Of a stretch of 64,000 nucleotides of DNA, positions 12,246 to 24,931 are shown one piece after another (within the stretch, counting starts at the first letter, position 1; every line of letters starts with the position of its first letter). The DNA is from Xylographa opegraphella. Its lineage: Eukaryota. Location: positions 124,001-188,000 of the forward strand of contig JALDZX010000024.1 in the NCBI GenBank assembly GCA_022813865.1, in the 5' to 3' direction. Under the pieces are notes generated by a model. That model searched no databases. It had not been told where the DNA came from and saw only the letters and a list, made by a program, of their open reading frames with translations. The translations under genes were made by a program, and so were the position numbers.

Positions 12246-13785
12246 ATGGCTTCCACGACTTTTCGCGACTCCATGTCGTCCCTCGGGTGGAGCCGGCGCG
12301 ATCCGGACCTCCCCGTGAGCACGTCCGCCAACGGCACGCCTATCCTCTCGAGGCTCCAGTCGCTGAATCCCTTCGGCGATGGAGGCTATGTTAGGCTGCC
12401 GACTCAGGAGGAGGGACCCGGTGCCCCATTGCCTGCCCCCAGCCGGAGGGAAGAGGAGGAAGGCTTCTTTGCGTGTGAGTCAAGCTCTGCCTTCTTCCCA
12501 CTGCCCACTCGCTGTCCCTCGTTGCCCGGTGGGGAGCGCAAAGTCGGAGGGTCTCCTCGCACATCAAATACGGTGGTGACCGTTGGAGTTCCTGCGTGCC
12601 CGTTGCCGTCACACGCAGCGGGTCATGCAGCTTCCCGCCTTGCCTCGACCGCGTCCCTCGATGCGCCTGCCAGAAAGACCAGTGGCTAACATGACGCCCC
12701 CCCCCCAAACCGGGGGGAGGCGCGATAGTGAGCCGCTGGGATCGGCTGATGATATTCGGGGCCTGCAACCTGGCGGCGGTGATCTGCTTTGTTATCTGTT
12801 TCACCTTGTTCTTCGTCTTGGCCGCCGTGCCTCGGAAGTTTGCCATCTTGTACGTCGATGCCTATCCTTTCCTTTGCCTATCCTTTCCTTTGCCTATCCT
12901 TTCCTTTGCCTATCCTTTCCTTTTCCCTTCTCCTTGTCTCTTTCCCTTTCTCTTTCCCTTGTCCTTGCTCCTTGTCCTTGCCCTTGCCGACTTCTTCTGC
13001 ACCCATCCATGCGCGGTCGAGTCATATGCCTGGCTGCAATGTGGCGCACCCTGGTCGGAAGGCTTCCGATCCAACGGCCTCGGCACGCCTTGGCATCGTC
13101 AATCAACATGGCATGAGCCGGCCTCCTCCCGGTCCGCGCATGGGCCACACGCCTTGATGAGGCTCGTGCCTCGGGTAGATGCCGTCGTGGTCCAAGTTCG
13201 CCGTAGCACGTTCGTGTCGCGCCCGTTTCATTTCGCACTTCCTTCCCTCGAAGCAGGCAAAAAGCCTGGCATTGCCCCTCGCCCCCCGGGGGGTGGTTGG
13301 CTGACACTGACATACTGTTTTAGATGGTCGATGGGGTCGCTACTGTTCTTGTCGTCGTGGGCCGTCCTGCTCGGGCCCATCACCTACGGCAAACACCTTA
13401 TCTCGACGCCGCGCCTGCCCTTCACCGCCGTCTACTTCGGCTCCATCGCCTTGACGCTCTATTTCGCTATCGGGGTGAGTCGAATGACATCACCGTCTCT
13501 GTTCTTCTCGTGAAGAAGCTTAGCTTTTTCTTCCTTTTCCCACCCAAACCCTGCCATGAACCTCCTCCCCCCCACCCCAAACCCCCCCCACTCTCCGCGG
13601 GAATCTGCTGACCGGAGGGGTTCACATGACAGCTTCACAACACCCTCCTCACCCTGTTCTCGGCCCTTGTCCAGCTCGCATCGCTGCTCTGGTATCTGGT
13701 CAGCTATTTCCCCATGGGCGGCACTGGCCTGCGCTTCGCCGCCCGTTTCGGCACCAACAGAGTCGCGGCCTGGATGACCGACTGA
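12246..13785 (+). CDS. SFT2: Got1/Sft2-family vesicle transport membrane protein, 4 exons
   Basis: Spliced product: ...EEGFFALSRWDRLMIF...PRKFAILWSMGSLLFL...PRLPFTAVYFGSIALTLYFAIG...LLWYLVSYFPMGGTGLRF, with canonical GT-AG introns. Confidence 0.9.
12860..12925 (+). repeat. Tandem repeat of 16-nt GCCTATCCTTTCCTTT, ~4 copies, in SFT2 intron 2
   Basis: Seen directly; followed by degenerate CCTTGT/CCTTGC units. Confidence 0.9.
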
Positions 13786-14124
13786 AAACTCGGGCGCTGG
13801 GCTGCTGCCGAAACCGAGCGTCGTGTATCATAGCTTGTCTTTCTCGTTTTTTTCTGAGAGATCTAATACTACATATAGTGAGTGTGTGTGAGGTGGTCGA
13901 TGTCCGTTTTTTGGGCCGCGAGAAGAAGTGCGTCTGTCAGATAGGTACTGCCTGTGTCGTAGGCGTGCTGCTACTCTTCGCACCCTAGCCGTCCTCCGCT
14001 CCTGTCCCTCCCACATCCTGCGTCCTGCATCCCTCACGCTAGGGCTTTGCTTCAGCCACCACGACGGCCTTCCTTGCTGCGCGACCGACTGCCCGTAAGA
14101 GGTCTGGTCCGGGGCTGTCGTCGG

Positions 14125-14334
14125 ACGCGTTGCGTCGCTCCTCGATGGGCTTTGAGGTGTGCGAGAGCATAGATACGGCTGTTTCCGTGGATATGAAGCC
14201 GTTCGTGCGAGATGCTGCCTTGTGGGGGTGTACGCGTTGCATTGCTCCTCGATGGGCTTTGAGGTGTGCAAGAGCATAGATGCGGCTGCTGCCACGGTCC
14301 TAGCCTACGATCCCGGACGCGTTGCATCGCCCTC
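14125..14334 (+). repeat. Imperfect ~57-bp direct repeat (2 copies, period 107) plus a partial third copy
   Basis: ACGCGTTGCRTYGCTCCTCGATGGGCTTTGAGGTGTGCRAGAGCATAGATRCGGCTG at 14125 and 14232; partial copy at ~14317. Confidence 0.85.
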
Positions 14335-15020
14335 TCCCCCATCCCCTACGCACACGGAACCACAAACACACGACCGTCGCCCTGTACGTACGCATCCCCT
14401 CCCCACGCCNCCCCCCCCCCGTCCCTGAAGCCCCCAAAAACAACCAAATAAACACGAACCAAGCAAAACCAGCCCCACGAGCCGGCTGTGCGCCCGGACA
14501 GCCGAAAAGCCCGCCTTGCGAGATGCTGGGCGCTCTTGGTCGTCGTATGGGCGTCTTTTGTAGAGTTGTGGCATGGCATGAGAGGAGAGGAAGGGTGGCT
14601 GGCTGGCTGGCTGCCTTTCTAAGGTAAAAACGGGGACGGGGTTTTTTTTGGCTGTCTGGACCCGTTCTGCCAACCAGCGAAGTGGCGAAAGTAGATGTAT
14701 TAGATGTAGGTTACTTGTACTGGATAGCTTCTCTCTCTGTCTCTCTTTGATGAAGTAAAGGAAGGCGGTGCTGGTTTTCTGTGCCGTGGGGGTTGATGGT
14801 GAGGGAGGGTTGGATGTATGATGGTTTTGTTGTTGTTATTTTGCTTTCTTGCTTTTTTTTCTTTCTTTCTTGCGTTCCTACCTACCTCACCTCAACTGAT
14901 ACCCCGGTATGAGGTCGCCTCTGAGCGTGTGATATGCTCGCGTGTCGGTGAGGCGGTCTTTCTTCCGGGGGTTTGGTACGGTGCGTGTGTGTGGAGGTGT
15001 GTGGATGGATGTTGGGGACC

Positions 15021-15077
15021 GGGGGGGNNNNNNNNNNNNNNNNNNNNNNNNNNNNNNNNNNNNNNNNNNNNNNNNNN

Positions 15078-15138
<61 letters not shown>
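15021..15138. other. Assembly gap (50 N) flanked by poly-G
   Basis: N run at 15028-15077 followed by ~60 G. Confidence 0.95.
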
Positions 15139-15140
<2 letters not shown>

Positions 15141-15336
15141 TGTTCGTCGGGCTTGATGCGTGGGTGGGGGAGGAGATGAGAGCACTCGGTCGGAGCGGGG
15201 AGAGCTTTTTGTGGAGGTGATCACTTGGATTGCAGGGCTTGATGCCGGCGATGGTGGTGTATATACATCTTTTTTTTGCTTCTTTCTCCCAAGGAGCCAC
15301 TACTTCCACATGGCACCGTACAGCCAGACGTGCCGC

Positions 15337-16564
15337 TCACCCCGTAGCGACCTGCCGCGGCGAGTGCCCCAGCAGCGACGAAACCCCCTCCCGACCGTCC
15401 ACAGCCGTGTCCACATCCATCACCGTCCCCCTCCGCCGAGGGTCTTGCTGCTGCCGCCCCTCGCCCACCAGCCTGCCGACCCCCCTGACCAAACTATCCA
15501 CCTCCCCCGCTCCAGCCGGGCCGCTCCCCGCCCAGCGGATGCGGCACTCGCTGTCGACCAAGTACACGTACCCGACCTTCCCGTTCCGCACGCCGAGCGC
15601 CTCGCGGATCACGTCCGTCACGCCCCGCCGCACGAGGAAATAGCGCGCGTGCTGTGCCCGCGGCAGCTGGCGGCGCAGGCTGGGCATGAAGAGCCTGATC
15701 AGCACCGCTTTGAGCGCGTTGTCTTCCATGTTGATGTCTACGCGCTGCAGCACGTCCGCGTGGGCGGCGAGGAGGGGCGCCAGCGAGGGGTGCGGGGCCG
15801 GGGGGGAGCCGAGGAATGTTTGCGCTTGTCGTTCGGCCCAGGTGCCGCAGAAGAGGGCGACGAGGGAGGTCTTGCCGCGGAGGAGGGGGGTGGTGTCCGC
15901 AGAGGGGGAGAGGAGGGTGCGGCCGTGTAGGTTGGGGAAGTAGAGCGCTTTGGGGGCGCGGATGAGGGTGGGGGGGGAGATGAAGCTTTTGCCTGGGGGA
16001 GGGTGTTAGCTTTTGGTTGTGCGTTTTGTGGGAGAGGGGGCAATGGAATGGGGGAACTTTGGTTGTGGGTATTGGGGGGGGCATGAAAAGGGAATTGCCT
16101 TTGGAGTATTGCAGGTCGTTCCATTCGCGGAAGTACGGCTTCGCGACTTGTCTCGTCAGCGAGGCCCGCCGCTCGAGGTGCTTGTCGTAGTTGAGGAAGT
16201 CGTCGCGGCGCTGGCGCCAGGTACGGGGGTCGATGCCGGTGTTCTGGCCCGCGCTTGGGGGTTCGCGCAGGCCAAGGGGGGCGGAGAGCGGGCGCGGGGT
16301 GTGGTCGTCGGCGGCGGAGACATTTTTGGTGTTGCGGTCAACGGCTGTGTTGGTTTGGGACTTTGCTGGCGCTGCAGCAATGGCATTCGGGGCCGTGCCC
16401 GGCTGCGGTGTTCGAGACAGAGTTCGCGTTTTTGCAGGCCGAGTACTGCTGGCTGTGGATGCCGGCCGGCATGATCGCACCTGTTGCTGTGCCACTTTGC
16501 AGTGCAAGCTCAGCTGCAGGAGGAGGAGCCGCGAGCGGAAAGTGAGAGGGTTCTTCTGCAGCAT
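15337..16564 (-). CDS. ATP10: Mitochondrial ATP synthase assembly factor Atp10, 2 exons
   Basis: Arg/Ser/Leu-rich presequence; KPYFREW...KGKSFISP...ALYFPNLHGRTL...GYVYLVDSECRIRWAGSG. Requires a GC-AG intron at 16098-15993. Confidence 0.9.
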
Positions 16565-16816
16565 AGCAGTTCGGATGTCAAGTCGAAGAAAAGCCAACAT
16601 CCGCCATTGGAGGTATTTTCCGAACTGGGGCTAGTGCTCGTCACATGATTGCGTGGCATGCAAGGGTGTGGGGCTCCACAAGCGCTTCATTGTCGGCCAG
16701 ACGGACTGTGGTAGCATGGGATTAGGTTTGTGTGACAACGCAGCAGGTAGGAACTGGTGTCTTGTGCATTCCTCGTCTCCAAGTATGGATTCTTCAACGT
16801 TTTCCTTTGCTTCGTC

Positions 16817-19098
16817 ATGTCTGAGGAGGCCGTGGAGTCTAAGAAGTTGTTTTTTGAGTCACTCTACCGTCTCGATGAGGAGAGCACCGAAAGTGAGGAA
16901 GAGAATGTGATCGCCGTGATACTTGGTGCGTCGAGGAAGAGCAAGACTGTTTCGCCGATCACGCCGGAACAGAGGTTGGCTATCGGCTCACGCCAGCCCA
17001 CGGCAATGGGTAGAACGATGTCTTCGCCTGCGCCATCGACCCTTAACTCTGGTGCGACCTTGATGCGTGCAGAAAAGAGCCCACAGCGGGCAATGCCTCT
17101 GCAGCCTCCCAGAGAGCGAGTTATAAATGAATCCAAGTCAGTAGCTCCAAAGAATCCGAGGAAGAGGAAACGTGGTCAATCGCTGGAGCCCTTGCCGGAG
17201 TCTCAGCAGATCTTCAGAGGAAAGGTCTTTTGTGAGTGTCTTGGAACTTCCGCTACATATGTGATACTGATGCATTTCAGACTTTCTGCCGAACAATGAT
17301 ATCGCTCCTGCGCGCCGGTTTCGCATTCTTAAAGCGCAGGAACGCGGCGCTCTATGGGTCAAGGAGTGGCAAGAAAATGTAACGCATGTCATCGTCGATA
17401 ATACCTTGGGCTACAATGATGTCTTGAAATACCTGAAACTTAGTGCAATGCCAGTGAGTAAGTCGATTCATGCATGCGATCATGGCTCATTCCAGATAGC
17501 CCGGAGTGATACTGGTCAACGAGCATTATCCACCGGACTGCATGATGTACAAGTTCTTAGTGAACCCCACGCAACAAAGATATCAGCTCCAAGGTCAGCA
17601 ACTTGCCACCAAAGCACGTGAGATGCCTACCTCAACTGAGTCATCTTTGAAGTCGTTGCAGCTCAAGCCTGAGAAATCAAAGGCCCTGCCTCGAACCCCT
17701 TCGCGCACCGAAGGAAGTGATGAGACAGCGGCAATCCGTCAGATCGAGATTATTGCTCGTGACCAAGCCCTTAGAAGGGCACAAGAGGCAGCACGACTGC
17801 TGCAGACTGACAGACCAAAGGATGCGCTGGATGAAGTGATTGAAGAAGCAAAGGCAATCGAGGGACTCGTTAGTTTGTTCTGTTCGGTACGACTATATCA
17901 GTACTAATTGAATTTCCAGCCGCTTGACTCTGATGAGGACGAGACAGATGCGGGAGACATGCTCGACGATGCCAAAGAATCAGAGGGAGAGACAGCAACG
18001 AAGATGTCGACAAGATTGAGGGCATCGAAAGGGTCATCCGCCAGAATTCAGCAGGAGAACTTTAGTTGTATGCAGAAGCATGACGGCCTCAACAAGCAAG
18101 ACAATCCCAACAGCCGCACTATCGAGATACTCCAGAAGATGGCTGATTACTATGACCGGGCAAGGGATCATTGGCGCGTAACAGCATATCGGAAGGCTAT
18201 TGCATCCTTGAGAAGAGAGAGCTCTAAAATCACAACCAGATCGGAAGCACTTGTTCTGCCTTTTGTGGGTGCCCGTCTTGCAGATAAGATCGAGGAGATC
18301 GTCTGGAAAAACCGCCTCCGGCGTCTTGATAACGCTACGACTGCTGACCCTGATGCTGCTGCGCTTCAGCTCTTCCTCGGAGTCTATGGTGCTGGATTCA
18401 CTCAGGCCAGAACCTGGATATCGCAGGGTTATCAGACCCTCGAATCACTCTCTGCTTCTACTACGTTGACCACAAATCAAAAGATCGGCATCAAACACTA
18501 CGAACACTTCAGAAGTCGCATACCGAGGTCGGAAGTTGAGGCTCACGCCAGCTTTTTACGTGACTATGTTGCTGCTGTCTCCCCTGCCATTGAGGTTACA
18601 GTTGGGGGATCCTATCGCCGGGGCGCTGCCGACTGTGGCGACATCGACTTCCTTCTGACCAGCCCAACATTACCCATCTCTGCATTGCGCACCCTGGTTC
18701 TCGAGACTATCATTCCCCGCCTCTTTCTAGCTCGCTACCTGAAAGCGGCTCTCGCGACCACGGATCCCAACAGAGGCACAAAGTGGCATGGCGCTGCATG
18801 TCTGCCTTCATCTAAAGAGCAAGTCTGGCGCAGAGTGGATTTTCTGCTGGTTCCCTGGGAGGAGATGGGTGCTGCGCTCATATACTTCACCGGTAACGAT
18901 ATTTTCAACCGAAGCATGAGGCTCTTGGCATCTAGGAAAGGAATGCGGCTTAACCAGAGAGGGTTGTTTAGGCATGTGCTGCGCGGCATAGGACGCGTAA
19001 AGGCGACGGACGGGGAACTGGTAGAGGGGAAGAGTGAGAAAAAGATCTTTCAAATTTTGGGTGTACCTTGGAGGCCGCCGGAGCATAGGATATGTTGA
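16817..19098 (+). CDS. POL4: Family X DNA polymerase (Pol lambda/Pol4-like) with N-terminal BRCT-like region
   Basis: GGSYRRGAADCGDIDFL, RRVDFLLVPW, GAALIYFTGNDIFNRSMR and LGVPWRPPEHR motifs; BRCT-like VTHVIVD; three short introns. Confidence 0.9.
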
Positions 19099-19326
19099 TA
19101 AGCGGTAGTGCCCCTATAGAGGTGTTTAGTCTCACATGAACTCGCAACACTTGCAACAATACTAGATTGCAAATGATTCTGCAGCGACGAAGAAGCACAG
19201 CAGTACATGCCTTGATTTCCTTCCACCCGGCACACTTGTACCACGAACAGACTATAGTCTTACAGCCATACTCCCCGTCAACCTCCCAATGTCTGTCCAA
19301 CGCCGTGCACCTCGCACCCCCAGATA

Positions 19327-20129
19327 TCACCCCCAGAAGAACAGCACCAAAAAACACAATGCAATAAAACTCCCCAAAATGATCCCATCCCTCCTCTTCT
19401 TCGCCCCAATCCTCGCCATCAACCCATTGATCCCCGGCACCTGGCTCGCAGCGCCGACAATCCTGCGATTAATACTCGCGAGCGTCTCCCTCTGGACGCC
19501 AAAGCTCTCGTTCACAGCGTACGCCTGACTCAGCACGCTGTCCGCGATGCTATGGCTGTTGTCGATGCGCCGCCGCTCATCGAGCATGTAGTCGGCCTCG
19601 GCAGCCTCGGGGTTCGCGCTGCGGTAGGCGGAGATGTCGGAGCGAACGGTCGACAGCAGGTTGGCGCGGTCGCGGGCGGTGGCGATGGAGGCGCGCAGCC
19701 GCGCGAGCTCGCGCCGGTGGTCGAGCAGGATCTCGCGGTGGCGCGAGAGGTTGTTCTGCTTGAGGGCGGAGGCGGTGAGGTCGGAGGAGGAGGAGAGGAG
19801 GAGGGAGAGGCGCGAGGTGAGGGCTTCACGCTGGAGGAAGCAATGAATGTGTTAGTAGCTCTGCTGTAGGAGGCATGCGGGAGAGAGCGTACCCGTTCGA
19901 GGATGTCTTCGAGCTGGGCTTCAGTTTTCTTCTCCTCGTCTGTAGGCGTGGGGAATATGGTCGTCGGGGTGGAGAATTGGGAGTAGGTATGGAAGAGTGT
20001 TTCGGTCTGGGGTCCATTAGTACGGTATGCTTGCAGATGAACATTGAAGTTATGGAAGAGTACCTGGGTTTCTAATGAGCGGGCTTGCTGGCGGAGTTGG
20101 GCCCAGCCGGTGCCGGCTGTGGTGGACAT
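19327..20129 (-). CDS. GOS1: Golgi SNARE Gos1, 3 exons
   Basis: GWAQLRQQARSLETQTETLFHTYSQF, SALKQNNLSRHREIL, DYMLDERRRIDNSH and a C-terminal transmembrane anchor. Confidence 0.92.
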
Positions 20130-20421
20130 TTTGCTCCGTTGCAGAGACCGTAGTCATTCGTGTTGATCTTAATTGTACGCTACCTTGTTCTTCGCTCCAT
20201 AGTGCTGTGGAAGGAATAGGGGACGTCGATTTGAGTCTGGTGCTATGTATGCGTGGTATGGCAGTTACGGCCAGCGGCATGCAATCAATAGGGCTTAGTC
20301 GTCTTCGCTTAGCGGACACTAGCGCAAGAAAGCCCTAGCGGCCCACAGCGAGAAATCCATACTTCACGATAGCAAGAATCATTACGCGCAACACTTGTAA
20401 CTGCCTCCTACGGTCGCAAAA

Positions 20422-21046
20422 ATGGTATGGTCTATGAAATTCTTTCAGGACAGACGAAATCAGACTAATGATAACCCAGTCGACATCCAAGATTAAGACC
20501 GCCCAGCTCTGGTCGAAAGGCAAAGAAGACCTGAAGAAACAGCTCGTCGACCTGAAGACCGAGCTCGGCGCTCTGCGTACCCAGAAGATCACTGGAGGAG
20601 CAGCTTCGAAACTCACCAAAATGTACAGAAGTCCAGTCTTACGTTGCACCCACAAGCACTTCAACCTCCTCCCTCTATCAGTATCCAAAAGCAAGACTAA
20701 CGGTTTCATTTGATGGGACAGCCACGACATCCGCAAATCTATCGCCCGCGTCCTCACCGTCATCAATGCCAACCAGCGCACCCAGCTCCGTATATACTAC
20801 AAGAACAAGAAGTACCTGCCGTTGGATCTGCGTCCAAAGCAGACGAGGGCGATTCGGAGGCGGTTGAGCAAGAAGGAGGCGAGTCGGGTGACGGAGAAGC
20901 AGAAGAAGAAGACGATGCATTTCCCGATGCGGAAGTATGCTGTCAAGGTATGCGGAGCCTGATATCAAAATTTATTTAGGAAATGGACTGGAAGGAGAAA
21001 CTTGTTTGACAATTGAAGCTGACTTCTCGTATAGGCGGAGGTTTAG
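20422..21046 (+). CDS. RPL35: 60S ribosomal protein L35 (uL29), 4 exons
   Basis: ATG then an intron; [55 protein letters not shown]. Confidence 0.97.
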
Positions 21047-21460
21047 GGCAATAATTGTTTATGAAAATGCATACATGGTGAGGCTGAGCGGACCGGAGAT
21101 TGTGCTTCAGTAGCTACCAATGGATCTGATTGTTATCAATGCCAAGACGTTCTTCACCCGTGCCAATCTATGGATGTGTGAAATCGTCAAGAAACCCTTG
21201 CGATTGTGACCATTCTCTATAATCTGCTCTACCGCAATCCTCTACTGCTTGCGGAAATTCAAGCAGCTTCACTTTCAAGAATACATTCTGTATATCTGTG
21301 TTCTGGAATTCCAGAACATGTACCCGTTGACGAGTGTCTTGGACTTCTATGCTTTTCGACAGCACCGCACAGAAATCATGCCAACACGTCTTTAAGCGCC
21401 ACACCAAAGCAACAATAGCCGACGCTCCTCCTCCGCACCCATAACAGAACGTCCGGCTCC

Positions 21461-21862
21461 TCACCTATCACCCTCGCTCTCACTCCCGGGACCCCCTCGG
21501 TCACATTCCTCTTCCTCGCTTCCAGGCTCCGTTGCATACCATCCGATCTCCTCTGAGTCCCGGAACATCTCCTCCTCCGCCTCAAACGCGCCGTCATCCT
21601 CAAGGGGCACTCCCTCGCCAAATTGGGACGGGAAATCACTGTCCGAGTCTCCCTCGGTGCTCATCTCCCCCTGCTCTCCATCCTTCTTTCCCGGTCCCTC
21701 CCCCCCAACTTCCTCGCCATGATGTGGACCGCCAGTATCATCATTTATACTTCCCAGAGTATATTGGTTCGTTACTTCATATGCGTCTCCGCTTGCCATC
21801 TTGACGTCCCCATCGTACCCACTTTCTTTTCCTTCGTCTGAGCCAGTGAAGCCAGATGCCAT
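21461..21862 (-). CDS. Putative orphan acidic Gly/Asp/Glu-rich protein (~133 aa)
   Basis: ATG 21862, open frame to 21461, TATTTAAA ~75 bp upstream; no recognisable domain. Confidence 0.4.
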   Translation of the reverse strand: MASGFTGSDEGKESGYDGDVKMASGDAYEVTNQYTLGSINDDTGGPHHGEEVGGEGPGKKDGEQGEMSTEGDSDSDFPSQFGEGVPLEDDGAFEAEEEMFRDSEEIGWYATEPGSEEEECDRGGPGSESEGDR

Positions 21863-22396
21863 ATTCGAAATCAACCTGTCAAGCGTTTTGACAGTGCTCA
21901 AAGGGTGCGGAATTGATGGTTGAAGTTAGTCTGCTTTTTTTAAATAAGCCACTTGGAAGAGATTTGGTTAACCGTACTATGTCAGTCGAAAACCGTTGGC
22001 GGCCGTCCGTTTTATATCAATTAGGTAGGGTTGGAAGGATGTGTCTGGAAGCGCCTAGGCATGGTCAGACCGAGAAGCACGACGAAGGTCGACAGGTTTC
22101 ATGTACATTTAAGTGATTGATGGCAAGAAAGTACTGCTGGTGCGAAGTTGTGCGGCTTCTGGCTTATTAATGTAAACTGATGCAGCATGCACGTTGTGGT
22201 GACTTAGTGACAAGGATCGTCATTGTCCGAAGAAGTGAGTAGAAAAGTGTATATTGTATGATAGAAACCGCACATCCCGGCGTTATTCAGAATAAAGTCC
22301 TGTGAATCCAAAACCTGTCTGAGACTACATCCGACACTATATTGAGCATATTATGCGCGTTAAGACCCCGGCGTGGGTCACCCATCACACACACCT

Positions 22397-24931
22397 CTAC
22401 ACACCGTTCTCCTTCTTCCACCCCTTCAACGTCTCCAAGCCAGTTGTGATCTTCAGCCCGATGCGGGCATCCAGTTCGTATTTCTCCCAACTGCCCGCCT
22501 TCTGAATCCACTCCTCCGCCTCTTTCACTCTCTCCTTGTCTTTTTCGCTTCCATCTCTCTCCATCCACAAGTTGGCCCCCATCTCGTAATGCGCGGTCGG
22601 GCAAGTCCAGTCGTCCTTGAAATTATTCTTGAACAGCGCTCTATCGTGGCTGATGACCTGTTTCTTCAATAGCCCTCTTGCTACTTCGTGGTTCCCCTGG
22701 GCTCGGAAAATGGCTGCACGGAGAACGGCCAGGATGGCATGCTCGTCGAGGCCCTCGCGGTGGCCGTGCGGATTGAGGACCGTGTCTTCACTCCAAGCCA
22801 GAGCGGCGAGCGAGGCTTGCAGTTGGACGTCATCCATTCGCTTGTGGCCGTTCCAAAAGTACACCATTTCTTCGAATGGCGAGACGCCGATAGCGTCGAT
22901 GAATGAGATGTTCCATTCCTTAGCACGAGCCTCCCATTTGTTGAGCTTGCGGACGACGAAAATGTCAAACGGAAGTTGCCTGGCCATGAATTTCTTCTTC
23001 CCGGCATTTTCGCGCACCTTGTAAAGAAGCTTGGTAGCGCGTGAGGCTTGTTCCGCAGCAGATGAAGTGTCGTTAGCAGCTTTAGCACGGCGGTAGAGCT
23101 CGACATGTGCACTTCCAGCGATGTAGTAGTATAGAGCATGAGACCAGTTGTTGAGGTCGCAGCAGGTTATAAAAGATTGGGAGCACAGGTCGTAGCGGTG
23201 AGAGTACATTGCATTGAGGGATTTCTCAAACATTGACAGGGCCTCGATTTGTTTGAGTGGAGATCTATCGACGCCACTGAGAAGGTCGATAGCCGCGTCC
23301 AGGCGCTTTTTGGAAGCTACCATACGTGCTTCTTCAAGAAGCCAGAGGCGAGATTGTGGGTAACGTCTACGCATCTCGTGGAGAAGACCTTCAAGACGAT
23401 GAGTGGGATAGCCTTCAATGTTCTCAGTCGCCAAATCATTTACAGACACATTGGAGTCAGGAAGAATGTCGCAGAAACCTACTAGGCCATTGTAGTAGCC
23501 TAGAAGGATAAGTCCCGCCATGGCACCATTTATATTGTAAAACTTGGTGGCTTGCCAAAGCATGCGGATACCACGTGGTTTGTCACCTTTGAAGCCAATA
23601 ATAAACAAGAGCTTACTGAAAGCCGGCGGAATCATGGAAAGTAAAACAAGAAGGAGGCCGAAGCAGAGGTTCGCACCAGAATGAATGAAAGCATCAAGTG
23701 GATTTGAAAAAATTTCAGACTCCGGATCTTGTTCCAGCAGCAGATATGTGCTCTTTGTTGGTGACACTACGGAGAACGGAGTAGAAAGCTCTCGATGATT
23801 AGGCGTCTTTGGAGAGACTATCGTGGTATTTGCCAATCGTTCAGTGGCCGCAGCAACATCAACGTGCCCTGTGTAACTCGTTGGAATCTCAGGTGTTTCC
23901 AAGTTTTCCTCCGCATCCGCAAATTCATCGGAATCGTCGTCCTCGAGGTCAGTGTCGTGTACCGCACCCCAGATCGCAGCTTTATTCGCGCTGTTCTCCT
24001 GCGTATCTGGGAATGTTGGAGCATGATTCGTTGCTATGACTTTCGAAGTTTGACCTCCAAACCCCACTGGCATTTGCTTCACAGACCGTGCGGAGCCATT
24101 GGTTCCAAGAGAATCAAAGGAGTTTCTTTGGGTACCAAAACTGCTTGTTGAGTCTTTAGTCTGTGCGTACTTTCGCTCGGCTTCGAGTATAGCGTCAAGA
24201 TTTATGTAAGCTTTCCGTAATTTATAAAAGCCTTTTATGCCCTCCATTAGGTTTTCGTTGAGTATTCCAACCACTGCGCTCATAAGCTGGGACTGGGAGA
24301 GGCATAGACTGTATTCTGAGCCTGGCATGTATATTGAGGAATGAAATGATTGTGAATCTTTCTGCGCTCTTCGAAAGTCACTGGAAGCTGTAGACTCTGC
24401 ATCCGCTAATACTTCGGACGCTTTCATAAGGTAACGCATCAGTATCAAACATCGACGTAAAAACTTGCTATATTACCTTCACGTATTATTTCCGGTTCGA
24501 ATCCCAAGGTTGCTCTGAGAAAAGCGACTACGCCTTTACCTAACTGTAACCAGACAATATAACGACATCAGCCTAACTTTTCCATGTTCCAGACCTGACC
24601 CATCAGCCTCTTCAGCAGGGGATCTAGGAACATAGGTTTACTTACCTTATGGAAGCTCGAATTCCCTTCGCTCAGCTTGGCCTCAGCGGTTTCGAGATCG
24701 TCGTTCATGATATGCGTAACAGCTGCGAAGATTCGCTGATCAGCTTCATGGGCCCAGTGACATGAGGTGTCCAGGAGTACCCTTCAAAGCTGCTTCCACT
24801 GCATGGCACGTAAGTAGTTGTACACCAACTGGACACAGAAACATACATTCTTGCAGCTCCGCTGCAGAATTTAAAGAATGGGTCGACCCGTGGAGGGCCG
24901 CCCTCTTGTCCTTCACCCATCCTCGCAGCAT
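22397..24931 (-). CDS. IML2: Iml2/TTC39-family TPR-like protein, 5 exons
   Basis: Spliced N-terminus (HIMNDDLETAE, SSFHKLGKGVVAFLRATLGFE); SMIPPAFSKLLFIIGFKGD, NNWSHALYYY, KKFMARQLPFD, YELDARIGLKI. Confidence 0.9.

Noticed and set aside
14125..14334. Repeat-spacer-repeat pattern as a CRISPR array
   Set aside because: Eukaryotic locus, only two full imperfect copies and no cas genes.
14818..15309. Poly-Gly/poly-Pro ORFs
   Set aside because: They span the N gap and a poly-G run, which may be a sequencing artefact.
15160..15930. 256-aa ORF antisense to ATP10 (and similar shadow ORFs over NUP120, PRP40 and the giant gene)
   Set aside because: Explained by high GC and codon bias on the opposite strand.
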